A stretch of 64,000 nt of DNA, from contig OX597817.1 of assembly GCA_951406725.2 (NCBI GenBank), forward strand, positions 78,244,001-78,308,000. Reading direction: 5' to 3'. The stretch is from Octopus vulgaris. Its lineage: Eukaryota. Shown in pieces: positions 13,778 through 27,930 of this stretch (position 1 is the first letter of the stretch; each line of letters opens with the position of its first letter). The position numbers were made by a program, and so were the translations under genes. The notes under the pieces were generated by a model. It ran no database searches. It was not told the DNA's origin and saw only the letters and a list, made by a program, of their open reading frames with translations.

Positions 13778-14326
13778 GTATAAATGTACATGTATGTGTG
13801 TGTGTTTGTGTATTATGCACACACACACTTGTGGACTAGTATCTTACATATTTTTTAGTTATAAAATTTCAATTAATTGATGTTATCCTTTTAATTAAAA
13901 GACAAACCCCAAATCCTTAAATCCTCTAACCCCTCCCAAATTATGCTCCAAACCAACTTTAACAACCTGAAAAATAACTAAATGCCCTGCCTTTATCTGA
14001 CAATACAACAAGCCCTTATGAAGGCAGCATTAGCTGCTCAATAGCTGAGCATAGCTGCTCCATAATAGCATTATACAAAACTATATACACTGGCACACCG
14101 TCAGTTATGATGACAAGGGTTCCAGTTGGTCCAATCAATGGAACAGCCTGCTCATGAAATTAATGTGCAATGGCACACATAGACCAGTTTCTGGACTGGC
14201 ATAAAAGCCTCACCTTCCTCAGCAAGCCTTAAATGATTGTGAGCCCCAACCCATCATGTTGAAATCTGTGCTGCAAGTGATTCGTTTTGTGCTGAAATCA
14301 TGGCAGCCACTAGTGTGAAAATAATT

Positions 14327-14675
14327 TCAATACAGAACAAATAATTTACGAGAAAAATAATTCACTAAAAGATAAATTGCAAAGATATTATTGATTCTGT
14401 TATTATCTAGTGTAACAATTTAAAAATGATAATAACAGAATCAATAATACAGATGATTTCTGGCCCCAGCCCCAAAATCATTAAATAACTGAAGGATTAA
14501 AATTAATGAAGGACATACAAAGAATGTCTACCTGCTGGAAATAACAGTTAAATCTGTTATTTAAATCACCAAAATACACTCATGATAACTACAGAAATCA
14601 ACCATTCGAAAGTTGATATCTTTGCAAATTATTTTTTGTAAATTATTCTTCTCATAAATTATTTGCTCTGTATTG

Positions 14676-14676
<1 letters not shown>
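14327..14676. repeat. Inverted repeat with ~63-bp arms and a nested 22-bp hairpin
   Basis: 14327-14390 is the reverse complement of 14615-14676 with mismatches; tattattgattctgttattatc pairs with gataataacagaatcaataata. Confidence 0.75.
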
Positions 14677-14718
<42 letters not shown>

Positions 14719-15517
14719 TATAAATGAAAGGTCCCTCTCTTTAGATTTTGGCTTGCAGTGAGAAAATGTAATAGCTATAGCTTACAAAGCACAAATGAAA
14801 ATACATTAGACAAGAAAGAAAAAAAGATAATTCATACACTGAGGTATTTCAACCTTAGAATTACAATAAAGACAAATTTAAACAACAATTAATTTCTTTA
14901 ATGCCATATGGAGTGAGGTACCTCAGCATGTATAAACCTTTTAGAGAACCACATGAAAAGAAGGTTGTTTACATAAAAAATGGGTTCATAATGTATTGCA
15001 TGTTATGTGTTACAGTAACTGGATCAGGACTTACAAAATCCTGTGTTTAGCTTTTAAAATGATAGCTGAGTGAAGAGACAGGTAGAACTTGTCTGTTTAG
15101 AGGCTTGTTCCACCTGAATCTAAAAAAGATAAAATCATTGAATGGTCGTTGATCCTTGTGATGAATGTAGATTGGATCTTGAATGACATTTGGTCAAGTA
15201 GGTTGTATATTGTTATCTGCATCTTCATAATCTTCGAAAATTTACAAAGCTGTTCCATTCAGGGTCATGTTAGCAGTATTATAGCCCCCCCCCCCCACTT
15301 GGCAAATCTATGGTAGTTATCAACAGCAAGCCACTGAATACATAGATCAAAATTGGGCCCCTGAACCCTTGCCCCAGTTCCCAGAAAATTAATGCGCCTG
15401 GCTCTATTGTATTTACTTTATAAGGAAAGGAACTGTGGAGTCAGTTGAGATTTTGACAAACCAACATTTTAGTCTTTTCATACACAAAAGAAATGATAGT
15501 TGTTACTATGAACAACA

Positions 15518-15684
15518 GGCATAGGAGTGGCTGTGTGGTAAGTAACTTGCTTACCAACCACATAGTTCCAGGTTCAGTCCTACTGCATGGCACCTTGGAC
15601 AAGTGTCTTCTACTATAGCCTCGGGCTGACCAAAGCCTTGTGAAAGGATTTAGTACACAGAAACGGAAAGAAGCCTGTCGTATG

Positions 15685-15755
<71 letters not shown>

Positions 15756-15958
15756 GTGTGTGAAGATGTTTGTCCCCCCAACATCGCTTGACAACCGATG
15801 CTGGTATGTTTACATCCCCTTAACTTAGTGGTTTGGCAAAAGAGACCGATAGAATAAGTACTAGGTTTACAAAGAATAAGTCCTGTGGTTGATTTGCTTG
15901 ACTAAAGGCGGTGCTCCAGCATGGCTACAATCAAATGACTGAAACAAGTAAAAGAGTA
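15518..15958 (+). mobile_element. tRNA-derived SINE family A, full length
   Basis: A box tggctgtgtggtaag, B box ggttcagtcc, CORE-like accttgg(g)caagtgtcttctact, internal (TA)n(TG)n and aaagagta tail. Confidence 0.92.
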
Positions 15959-17384
15959 ACAAAATGTTGAGAGAGTTTTTGTTCTTGGTGGTAGTTGTAG
16001 CAGCAGATAGTGTTGTTAGTTGCTCATCAGCAACTGACTTCTAGTCTTGTTCATCCCCCAACTGTTCATTGCCTTTGTACTGTCTGCAGTCTCTGTTGGT
16101 CAACTCTTACATATGCTCTCTTTGCTGAAATATCAAAGCTCACTGTCTAGTTTTCATGACATACTGAATTTATACTGGTTGATAGTCTCAGAAGGAAGAG
16201 CATAAAAAAAAAAACAACAAAAAATCATTATTGGAGCCTATTCAATGCTACTTTGTGATTGGTCAAATTTTGTTGATCACATGGGCAAAATTTTAAGAAA
16301 TCATGACATTAGGCAATTGCTGAGTATTCCACTACGACTTATTAATGTTAAGCTGCAGCATACATAGATCAGAATTGAGCCTCTTACACTCATTATTTGC
16401 CAAGGCAACTGCCCAATGTGCTCCATGCCTTAAGAAAGTACTGATCCAATAGCAATACCTCAGTCAGGTAGTGGATAGAAGGTCAATGATTCAGAATAAA
16501 AGCCTAGATTCTGCATACTTGACAGTAAAAGCTACTTGTGGGTTTTCTGCCAGGCAGAATAAGGAAAAAGAAAAAAAAAAACACATACAGCAAGAGAGGG
16601 ATGTAAATAGCATTAGAAGCAGCAATAACAACAAAATTAGACTTTGGCAGTTGTAACTCAAACAATAGACAAAGTGGAAGCAAAACTTTTTGCGTTATCC
16701 TTGTTGTCACCAGTTCCAAATATTTTGAAGAGTCTACTCCTCCAAAACAAGATTGGCCATAGGTGTGAGCAGTTATAGCAAGCCATAATTTTGCAATGAT
16801 AGATAACAGATAGAGTTTGAAAGAGTGTGAAAAAGTAGTAGTAATAAAAAATGGAGAAATGCAGAGTGAACCCAGAGAAAAGGCAAAAAAGAGAATGGAA
16901 GTTTCTCAGAAATCTGTGTCTACCCTGACAGAGTGCCAAAAGTTGGTGCTGATTTCAAAAACAGACTGTAACCTAATTAATCTAACACTGATCATAAAAT
17001 ATGGCAAATCAAAAAAACTGTGCTAATTAAGAAAGTGTTGGAAGATGAGTGCCAGGTAATCATAAGTGATGAATAGTTGGTAAATAACAAATCAGGGATA
17101 TATTGCTTGCTGGCAGATTAAAGCTCAGAGAATGTGGAGCTCTTTACAGTTCAGATAAAGCTGAGACAGTGCATGAGCAAATCTGGAGAACCTAATTTGC
17201 AGAAGGTGGCCAGAGGGAAAGATGGTCAGTGATATGGGGTGCATATTAGTACCTCAGTGGCAGGTTCTTACCCATGTAATTGTGTACATATCCTTGTACG
17301 CATTTATTTGTATTATCTTGTGCACCAAATTATTAAACAGACTTAGTATTATTTAATGTATAACATGTTTTAACCATCCCACTG

Positions 17385-17434
<50 letters not shown>

Positions 17435-17582
17435 CATCGTAGTTGTGTGGTAAGGAGCTTACTTCCCAATCATATGGTTCAGGGTTCAGTTTTACAGCAC
17501 CTTGTGTAGGTGTTTTTTACTAGAGCCTTGGGCTGACCAAAGCCTTGTGAGTGGATTTGGTAGATAGAAACTGAAAGAAACT

Positions 17583-17672
<90 letters not shown>

Positions 17673-17890
17673 GTGTATATTTTTGTGTCTGTATTAGTCC
17701 CCCCATCACCACTTGACAACTGGTGTTGGTGTTTTCATGTCCCTGTAACTTATTGGTTCGGCGAAAGGAGATTGATGGAATAAGTATTAAGCACACAAAA
17801 AATAGACTCTTGGGGTCAATTTGTTCGGCGAAAACCCAAGGTAGTGCTCCATAATGGCCACAGTCAAATGACTGAAACAGGTAGAATAAA
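17435..17890 (+). mobile_element. SINE family A
   Basis: Same layout as 15518-15958. Confidence 0.85.
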
Positions 17891-17983
17891 AAAATTATAT
17901 ATATATATATATATTTATATAATTGTGTGCGAGTGTGTGTGCGTGCACATGCATGTGTATGTGTGTATATATATTAATATATA

Positions 17984-18295
17984 ACAGGTCATCCCATAAG
18001 TTCTGTCTGATTTTACCTTTTTTAAAATTGAATGAAATTTAATAGTATTTTAGAATGTCTAATGGAATTAAAAACTATTTTTAACATTTGTGTACATTTA
18101 AACTAATTAAATATTATTTTACAGAATAATAGAATTAAAATTTCTTTGGTTAAAACCCTTTCTAACATGGAGGTATCCAAAGAGCATTTGAGGCACATAA
18201 TGCTTTATGAGTACAAAAAAGGAACCTCTACAGCCGAAGCGACTCGAAATATACACTGAGTTTATGGGAAAGAATGCTTGAATGAAAGAACTTGT
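17984..18295 (+). mobile_element. Mariner 5' end (TIR plus transposase N-terminus), truncated
   Basis: ATG at 18167 gives MEVSKEHLRHIMLYEYKKGTSTAEATRNIH*VYGKECLNERTC, a Mos1/Hsmar1-like HTH start. Confidence 0.85.
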
Positions 18296-18326
18296 TGTTA
18301 TTATTATTGTTGTTGTTGTTATTATT

Positions 18327-18436
<110 letters not shown>

Positions 18437-18702
18437 CATTATTATTATTATGTGCCCGTGGCACACAAAAGCACCCATTACACTCTTGGAGTGGTTGGTG
18501 TTAGGAAGGGGATTCAGATGTAGGAACTTTGCCAGATCAGATTGGAGCCTTGCACATCCTTCTGGCTTGCTAGCCCTCAGTCAAACCGTCCATCCCATGC
18601 CAGCATGGAAAGCGGATGTTATACGATGACGATGATTATTATCATTATCATTATTATTATTGTTATTATTGTTGTTGTTATTATTATTATTATTATTATT
18701 AT

Positions 18703-20902
18703 TCAGTAGTTTTATTTTTATTTTTATAGCGTGCTTTCACTTCACTACCGAGCGCAGCTCTGTGTGCCTTGGGTATGTGCTGTGATTTGTTGTGATGCTC
18801 TGATGGTTATTGTATGGAAAGTGTTCTGCGTAGGATGTGTGCAGTGCCTAGTAGTGCAATTTTCTGTATGTTATATGTGTTTGTAAGTCCTGGTGTTTTT
18901 GTTATGTATTTGTCTGAATATTTTTTTATCATGCCTAATGCACCTACTATGATAGGAATTGTTTCTGTTTTCAGATTCCACATTCTAGTTACCACTATTT
19001 CCAGGTCTTTGTATTTTGAGAGTTTCTCCATTTCTTTTAGAGACACGTTGTCATCAGCCGGTACTGATACATCAATTAGAAAGTATTTTTTTCTTCATGG
19101 TCTCTGACAACTATATCTGGTCTGTTGGCCTTAATTTCTCTATCTGTGTGTATCGGCATATCCCAGAGTATGGTTGCTTTCTCGTTTTCTGTGACCTTTT
19201 CTGGTGTGTGCCAATACCATCTTTTTTCTGTTGTTATTCCATAATGTTGGCATAGCTTCCAATGTATGTAAGTTCCAACTCTGTCATGTCTGTGAATATA
19301 TTCCTTCTTAGCCAAGACTGGGCAGCTAGAGATAATATGATTTATTGTTTCTTGTCCATCTCCACATATTCTGCAGTTACTTGTAATATTTCTTTTCATT
19401 ACATGTCTTTGGTAATTTCTGGTGGGGAGGCTTTGGTCTTGTGCTGCAATTAAAAATCCCTCTGTTTCTGCTTTGAGTCCTGAGCTTCTCAACCATTGCT
19501 GGGATTTTTCTTTGTCTATTTCTTTTGCGTTTAGTTTAGTCCAGTATTTACCATGAAGGGGCTTTTCTTGCCATCGTTTTATCATGGTTCGTTGCTGTTC
19601 TATTTTTAGTTTGGATTTCATTTTTTTTATAGCTTTTGTTGTTTCTTCATCTTCTTCTTCTTCTTCATGTTTATTAGGTGGTATGATTTCTTGTTTGTAT
19701 TTGTCAGCTTCCTTAAATACTGAGAACAGTTTTTTGTTTTGCTCGTGTTTTGCCGCTATCTGGATCAGTTTTCCTTCCTTCTGAAGTAGATATTTTTGCA
19801 GTCCTATGGTGGTTATTTTATAGTAGTTTTCCAGCTGTATAAGGCCTCTACCACCTTCTATACGTTGTATATAAAGTCTTTCTATGTCAGATTTTGGGTG
19901 ATGCATCCTAGATCCTGTCATTATTTTTCTTGTTTTCCTGTCTATTTTGGTCAGTTCATTTCGTGTCCAGTTAAGGATATTGTAGCTGTAACTTATAACT
20001 GGGACAGCTAAAGTGTTGATACCTATTATCTTGTTTTTAGCATTGAGCTCTGTGTTTAGTATTGATCTAACTCGTCTATAATATTCTTTTTTTATTTTCT
20101 CTTTCATTTGTGTGTGTTGTGTCTTATCTAGTTCATGGATTCCTAAGTATTTGTAAGTTTGGCTTTGGTCTAATTCTTTTATTTCATTTGCTTCATCTAG
20201 TGTGATGTTGTTACTCTTAACTAGTTTTCCTCTTTTCATGGTTACTTTGGCGCATTTTTCTAATCCAAATTTCATATCTATTTCTTTGGTAAATCCATGA
20301 ACTGTCTTTAATAGTGTTTCCAGCTGTTTGTCATTTGCAGCGTATAGTTTTAGGTCATCCATATATAAAAGGTGGCTGATCGTTTTGCCGTAACATTTAT
20401 ATCCGCATCCAGTTCTATTTAGCATATCAGATAGAGGTGACAGTGCCAAGCAGAAAAGGAGTGGAGAGAGCGTATCTCCCTGGAATATTCCTCTTCTAAT
20501 GGGGATGTCTTTGGTTTTCATGAGTCCCTCTTTTGTTTGGAGATGTAGGACTGTTTGCCATTTATTCATAGAGTGCTCTATGAATTTTATGATTGTTGGT
20601 GCTACTTTGTTAATGGCTAGTGTTTCGAGGATCCATGTGTGGGGGATGCTATCAAACGCCTTTTTGTAGTCAATCCAAGCCATACTGAGGCCTTTCTTCT
20701 TTCTGTGGCTGTCTTCAGTTATGGCTTTATTAATCATTAGTTGATCTTTACAGCCATATGAGCCTTTGCGGCATCCTTTCTGCTCTTCTGGGAACAGTTT
20801 GTTTTCGTCCAGGTGCTTGTTCAGCCTTTGTGATATCACTGCAGTAAATGCCTTGAACATAGTAGGGAGGCAGGTTATTGGTCTGTAGTTTTCTGGTTTA
20901 AC
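18703..20902 (-). mobile_element. 5'-truncated R4/Dong-clade non-LTR retrotransposon (RT + CCHC + restriction-like endonuclease)
   Basis: RT motifs NYRPITCL, WIDYKKAFDSIPH, GIFQGDTLSPLLF and HLLYMDDLKLY; CRICGDGQETINHIISSC; RHD; RPDIV...IDVSVP...KEMEKLSKY. One frameshift near 19085, stop at 18807, ~100-bp 3' UTR, (TAA)n on both sides. Confidence 0.95.
18807..20900 (-). pseudogene. RT/endonuclease ORF of the R4/Dong element (truncated, one frameshift)
   Basis: ORFs 19076-20974 and 18807-19046 join across an A-run. The poly-Ile N-terminus is just flanking (TAA)n. Confidence 0.92.
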
Positions 20903-20956
<54 letters not shown>

Positions 20957-20987
20957 CATTATTATTATTATCATTATTATTATTATA

Positions 20988-21050
<63 letters not shown>

Positions 21051-21051
21051 T

Positions 21052-21270
21052 AGGCAGCGAGCTGGCAGAATCGTTAGCACGCCAGGGGAAATGCTTAGCA
21101 GTATCTCTCCTGTTGCTGCATTCTGAGTTCAAAGACTGATACAGTCGATTTCACCTTTCATCCTTTCAGTGTCGATAAATTAAATACTAGTTGAGTACTG
21201 GGAGGCGATGTAATCAACTTAGCCCCTCCCACCAAATTTTAGGCCTTGTGCCTACAGTAGAAAGGATTAT
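21052..21270 (+). mobile_element. tRNA-derived SINE family B
   Basis: ggcagcgagctggcagaatcgttag...gagttcaaa...cctttcatcctttc..gtcgataaa with an (ATT)n tail; similar copies at 22337-22522 and 33404-33620. Confidence 0.88.
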
Positions 21271-21273
21271 TAA

Positions 21274-21302
<29 letters not shown>

Positions 21303-21305
<3 letters not shown>

Positions 21306-22156
21306 GTTTGACTTTTGCTTTGTAATTGTACAAGTTGACTCCAAGTCTCACTCAGAGACCTCAAGAGACAGCAAGTAAGATGTTCATGTTGGTGTCATGC
21401 CTAGGTTGTCATATTTGTTTTTGCACAAAGTATTGTTCCAGAGAATTTTTAAGAAAACATAAGAAAATTATGAGTTTGTTTTAAAATTTGAGATTACATA
21501 GACAGTATTTTATGTAGGATATGGTCAGTTCCGATGAGCACCATCTTTTGAATTTCTACCATTTTGAGGTTTCCTGGTATCTGAGCAAGGTAAGAATCAG
21601 CCCCTTTTGCTATCAATCCTAGAGTATCTATGACAACAGGTATTGTTTTAGTCTTGTGGTTCCACATTTTGCCAATTTCTGTTTCAAGATCTTTATACTT
21701 GCTTAATTTTTGGTAGATTTTGACAGATACATTTATGTCGATTGGGGCAGTCATATCAATGAGAAGGCATGATTTTTGTTTGAAGTTCTTTCTTTAATAT
21801 AATGTCTGGCCTATTCGCATGAGTGAGACGTGGTCATTTTCAAGCACTGGAAGTGGTTTGTGTTCCCACCAGTTTTTATCATGAGGCAGATCCAAGTTTT
21901 GCAAATTGCCCAGTGAGGCTCTATCATGCCTGTTGAGATACTCTGTAGATGCAAGAAGACTGCACATGGAGGCAACATGATCAATGGTTTCATTATGTTG
22001 TTTACATAACGACATGTTGGGCTACTGCCGTTCTTTAATAATGTTAGCCCAGCCTTGTAGGTAGACATTGATCTTGGGCTGCTATGATAAACTTTTCTGT
22101 CTCTGATTTTAAGCCAGAAGACACTAACCATTGACGGGTAAGGGCTTTGTCAACAT
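21303..22156 (-). mobile_element. Older R4/Dong-clade 3' fragment
   Basis: Frameshifted pieces QWLVSSGLKSETEKFIIAAQDQCLPTR, C..C..NETIDHVASMCSLLASTEYLNRHDR and KLSKYKDLETEIGKMWNHKTKTIPVVI align with the 18.7-20.9 kb element. The 3' UTR differs, and it is bordered by (TAA)n/(TAG)n. Confidence 0.9.
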
Positions 22157-22248
<92 letters not shown>

Positions 22249-22253
22249 TTATT

Positions 22254-22307
<54 letters not shown>

Positions 22308-23227
22308 GTTATTATTATTACTATTATTTGTTATTAAGGCAGCGAGCTGGTAGAATCGTTTGCATGCAGGCAAAATGCTTAGCAGCATTTCGTCTGTCAA
22401 CTTCGGCCAAGGTCAACTTTGTCTTTCCTCCTTTCAAGGTTGATGAAATAAGTACCAGTTACACACTGGGGTCGATGTAATCGACTAGTCCCCTCCCTCA
22501 AAATTTCAGGCCTTGTGCCTATTATTATAATTATTGTTATTGTTATTTCTATGACTATTTATTTTCCTTACTTAACTCTTTTATCCACCACAAGCATCTT
22601 TTAGAAGCCATGATGGTGGTGGTGTCGATGATGGTGGCAATGATGGTGATGGCAATGATGGTGATGGCAATGATGGTGGTGGCACTGATGGTGAAAGCTG
22701 TGGTGGCAATGGTGGTGGTGGGGGGTGGGGGTGGAGTTAGCGGGTGGGCAAATAGGGTGGGCATCTTTGGCGGCAGGGGTGTCTCAGAGAGACATACTTG
22801 GTTTCAGAATTAAAGTAAATAACCAGACCCCCAATAGGTTGGCTTAAGACAGAATATGCACAGAGAAATGGTAACGGTAGTGGTGGTGGTGGTGGAAGTG
22901 AGGGAGGCATGATGAGGAGTTGTTTTGTTTTTGACGATGGCAGAGATGGGAGTGGTGTTGGTGGTGTTGATGGTGATGGTAGTGGTGGAGTGGAAAGAAA
23001 CGGTGGGGGTGGAAAAGAATGTATTACATTCCCAGTTTCATTGATGGGCTTAGAAATTTATCACATTTCAGAGGTAATCGTTTGCCCTCTCTCTCTTTCT
23101 CTCTCCTTCCCTAATCCCTGGCACCCACACCTTCAGTGAGGTGCTTGAAGTGGGCCACGATGAGTTGTTCTCCTTTCCAAAGAGTGCAATGCTTACTTCA
23201 TTGACTCAAAGATACGCACACATGAAC

Positions 23228-23284
<57 letters not shown>

Positions 23285-23625
23285 CACACAGACACACACA
23301 CATGCACAAATACATATACATTCACACTCACACACACCCGCATATAAATATGCATACATATATATATGTGAATATGAATATAAAATCACATATCCATTCA
23401 CATAGATGTAAAAGTGTGTGAGTGTGCAAGCGTGTGTGTGTGTATTTATCTGTCTATTTACACACACACACATGCAAATATACATATATATCATATATAA
23501 ACATATGTGTGTGTGTGTATATATTTATATATATATATATATAAATGTAAACATATGTATGTATAAATATATGCATGTGTGTGTGTATAGATATGTATAT
23601 GTGTATATATATGTATATATGTATG

Positions 23626-23670
<45 letters not shown>

Positions 23671-25091
23671 ACACATAGATATAGATATATGTATACATAT
23701 ATACATATGTACATATATATATATATTTATGTATGAGTGTGTTAGTGTGCGTGTGAGTGTGTGCGTGTGTGTGTGTGTGTGTGTGCATGTGTCTGTAAGA
23801 ATACACTCATGTACACAGATAACTATTCGCATACACACAGGAAAAAACAAAAGGACGTATATATATATATATATATATTCATAGACATATACACATACAC
23901 ACATGTGTAAACATACACACACTTGCACGTGTGCACAAACGCAAACACACGCACACGTATAGTATATATATCTATCTACATCCTACCTCTCCCCATCGTC
24001 CCTACTATTGGCACACAGCACTCTTTTAGAATTTAGAATAGATGCTTAAAGAAAGAAGCCTTCTCCATTGACAACTTATCCATAGTAGTGTCGGTGGGGG
24101 TGGTGGCAGCCCCTGCTCCCCCTGATCCCCACCCATGTGCCCTGCCTGACAGTAATATATCAAATTAATTCACAATGGCACCAGAACTGAGAACATATGC
24201 TGTTGTAGACCCCTCAGCTTCAGAACTCAGACAAGCCAAGTTGAAGGTTCCTCTTGTCATTCTGGTTGTGTTGAGTTACAACATCAACACATAAACCATC
24301 AGTGAGCCACAGTGGCGGTGGCAGTGCTGGATGTGATGATGGTGATGGTAATGATGATGGTGGTGGCGGCAGTGGTGGTAGTGGTGGTGGTGGTGGTGGT
24401 GGCGGTGGTGGTGGTTAAAGAAGGAGAAAGAAAGAGAGGGAAGGAAAGAAGGTAAAGGAAGGAAGGAAGGAAGGATGGAGAGGGAGATAGAATGGTGGAT
24501 CCTGAAAGGTAAATGTTGGGAATACCTTTATTATTACACATTGCACTGGGTATTCATTACCTTCCTTTGAAGGATTTACAATATCCCTTATTGTTGCTTC
24601 TGTTTTGGTTATAGCGTATACACATACACACAAACACACATACACACATGGCGGATGGGTGTATATACATAGATATGTATATGTGTGTGTATGTATTTGT
24701 GTATAAGTATATATATATATATATAACATATATCTACAAGCGCATATATATTTACATATATGTATATGTAAATGTGTGTGTGTATATATATATATATATA
24801 TACATACGCACATACATATATATTATGTATATATGCATACATATATACATACATAAACATTATATATATGTGTGTGTGTATGTGTTTGTGTGTGTAGGTA
24901 TATATACATATATATATATGTATATACATACACATACATACATATATATATTATACATATATACACATATGTGTATATATATGTGTATATTATATACACA
25001 TAATATATACACATGTGTATATAATATACATATATACACATATGTATGTATATACATATCTGTCTATATACACACACACACACACATGTAT

Positions 25092-25128
<37 letters not shown>

Positions 25129-26079
25129 CAAAAATACATACATATATATACACGTACATATATGCATACATATATGTGTATGTATGTGTGTATATTTATG
25201 TTTGTGTGAGTACTCACACATGCGCAGCCATGCACATACTCATACACACCCACATGTCTATGTGGTGCCAGTGTATATGTTTGTGCATAAGGGCATGTAG
25301 AGTTATGGTAGGGTTACACTGTTGGTAAACTCCAGCAGAAGGGGTTCACGACCCAGTTTGTTATCATTGTCATTGAGCACAGGTAAAGCACCTATATGTT
25401 ACTTATGACTTCTGTTTTTGCTTTCCCAGCTTATTATATAAATACAAAACCCTAAGTGTGTGCACATGTGTGTTTATGTATCTGTGTGTGTGTATGTGTG
25501 TGAGTGTGTACGTGTCTCTCTCTCTCTCTCTCTCTAAATATGTATATATGAATACAAATGTGTGTGTTTATATGTTGCTGATGTAAGAAAAGACATTGTT
25601 GTACATTGGTACAAAAAAGAAATATCTTTTGACTGACACAGCATCGTGTTTCTCCCTCCCATCACTTAAAGAAAAAACTCCCAGAAGGAGTTAGCACAAA
25701 GAATTCAGTTTCTATAATCTTCTCAGTTTTTTTGTCTTGTAATTTTGGCTTTCTTTATATCTATCATGTTTTTATCCTTTTCATGGTTTCATCCCTGGAG
25801 TAGGGCTAAGGTAATTCATAGAACTAACTCTATAAGGGATCAGTCGATTACATTGATTCTAGTACATTTATTGGTCTTAGGTCTGTCATGAACCCTAGGA
25901 TACATAAGAACTTAATTTTGTTTCTGCAGCATATTGGTGACTGAGATTACACCCCACCCACCACCAAATAAGACACTGTTCTGTCACAAGGTTAACTTCC
26001 CAGATATTGCTGGAAATCATTTAAAGCTGAGCGGATTTGACCAATGCAAAATGAGGTATTTTCCTCAAAAATACACCTA

Positions 26080-26900
26080 TCTCAGGTAAGGCCAACTGAT
26101 GGCATAACAACCAAAAATACCTATTTCTTTACTACCCACAAGGGGCTAAACACAGAGGGGACAAACAAGGACAGACAAACGGATTAGGTCGATTACATCG
26201 ACTCCAGTGCGCAACTGGTACTTAATTTATTGACCCCGAAAGGATGAAAGGCAAAGTTGACCTCAGCGGAATTTGAACTCAGAATGTAATGGCAGACGAA
26301 ATACGGCTATGCATTTCGCCCAATGTGCTAACGTTTCTGCCAGCTCGCCACCTTATACAACCAAAAATACCAGCTTCTCGTGTTCATTGATACTATTCCT
26401 AGTGGCAACTAGTATATCCTTTTAGGAAAACCTTAGATTAGATGAATCTACAGATTAAAGTAGCAGAAAGGTCAGGGAACCCCATAAAATCCCTGATCTA
26501 TGGAACATTTCAAAGAACCCCCTGTACAAATAACAACTGTATAGTGTGTAGGATAAACCCATAGGTAAACTGTGAAACCAGAAATGTCATTTACAGTATA
26601 AGGTGTACTGAGGTGTGGTGTGGAAATTGGACAACAACATAGATGGGGTGACAGCATGCAGTATAGGTGAATGAATAAGTGAACACTGGCAGGAGCTCAA
26701 GAAGGAGAAAAGTTCATCAGTGTTCCACCAACATGGGGAATTAGAACATGGAGTATCAGTTGATAATATGGATGTTAAGATATTAATGACACATAGAACA
26801 GATATGACACTCAAACTGATTATGTAAACAACACACTTAGTAGAATTATAGAAACTACACCGACTGACTTCGAATACTACACTCACTGTGCTTCAACAGA
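26080..26900 (+). mobile_element. Decayed Penelope-like retroelement (Cys-rich linker plus GIY-YIG endonuclease)
   Basis: QIKVAERSGNPIKSL...PCTNNNCIVC...NCETRNVIYSIRCTEVWCG, then after a frameshift DGVTACSIGE*ISEHWQEL...SSVFHQHGELEHG...DVKIL. Interrupted by a SINE. Confidence 0.75.
26122..26356 (-). mobile_element. SINE family B variant with a 15-bp TSD
   Basis: acaaccaaaaatacc at 26107-26121 and 26357-26371. Confidence 0.93.
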
Positions 26901-27312
26901 AAACATGAATGGAATAAGAACATCCCCACCCCATTACACTAAGCAGTTGGACAACTAAAGACAGAATGAGAAGAAGGTAAAAGAAAAGAGCATAAATATA
27001 AATGGTATAATACATAAACTCGTACACACACACAATGGCCTTCCATGCAATTTCCATCAAGCAAGCTGTTCCATTACAGGTTGGTCCAGGGCTGAAGTAG
27101 AAGACATTTGCCTATGGTGCTGTACTGTAGGACTGAACTCAAAACCCAAAGCCACATGCTTGCAAAGTACTGTTCACAGATGGAAGCTATAGCAACATAA
27201 AGGGCTAAAAACCCAAAGTCTTTAAATTTGACAATATTGGAACCCCTTCGAAGAATTCATTACATAACTCCACATAACACTTGAAGGGTCAAAGAAATAT
27301 ACAGATACAGAT

Positions 27313-27898
27313 GCCAGCATGGCTGTGTTGTAAGAAGCTTATTTCTCAACCACATGGTTCTGGGTTCAGTCCCACTCTATGGCACCTCAGGCAAGTGTCT
27401 GCTATTTTGACTTTGGGCCAACCAAAGCCTTGTTAGTGGATTTCATTGATAGAACTGGAAACAAGCCCTTCATACACACATATATATGCTTGTGTGTGTA
27501 TGTGTGTGTGCATTTGTCTCTGAGTGTTTGTGTGTTTGTCTGTGTGTGTGTTTGTGTGTGTGCATGTGTCTTTGTGTCTGTGCTTGTTCCCCACCTCAGG
27601 CAAGTGTCATCTACTATAATCTCAAGCCGACCAAAGTCTTGTGAGTGGATTTGGTAGACGGAAATTGAGAGAAGCCTGTCATATATATATATATATAATA
27701 TGTTACAATTACTCAATAGTCAAGATAATATTAATAATATTAGGGAGTAAATCCAAATTTACAGGGAAAAATTAGATTTAGGATTAAATCTAATTTCACA
27801 GTATAAATATAAATTAAATTAGAGATAAAACCACTATTAGGCAAATCAAACAGTGTTTTCACTGTTTGATTTGCCTAACAGTGGTTTTATCTCTAATT

Positions 27899-27930
<32 letters not shown>

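Noticed and set aside
16700-17340. Possible Tc1 relic (SVIWGAY-like motif near 17225)
   Set aside because: Too degraded to support by eye.
20901-20974. Met and hydrophobic poly-Ile leader on the 632-aa RT ORF
   Set aside because: It is the flanking (TAA)n target; the element is 5'-truncated at ~20902.
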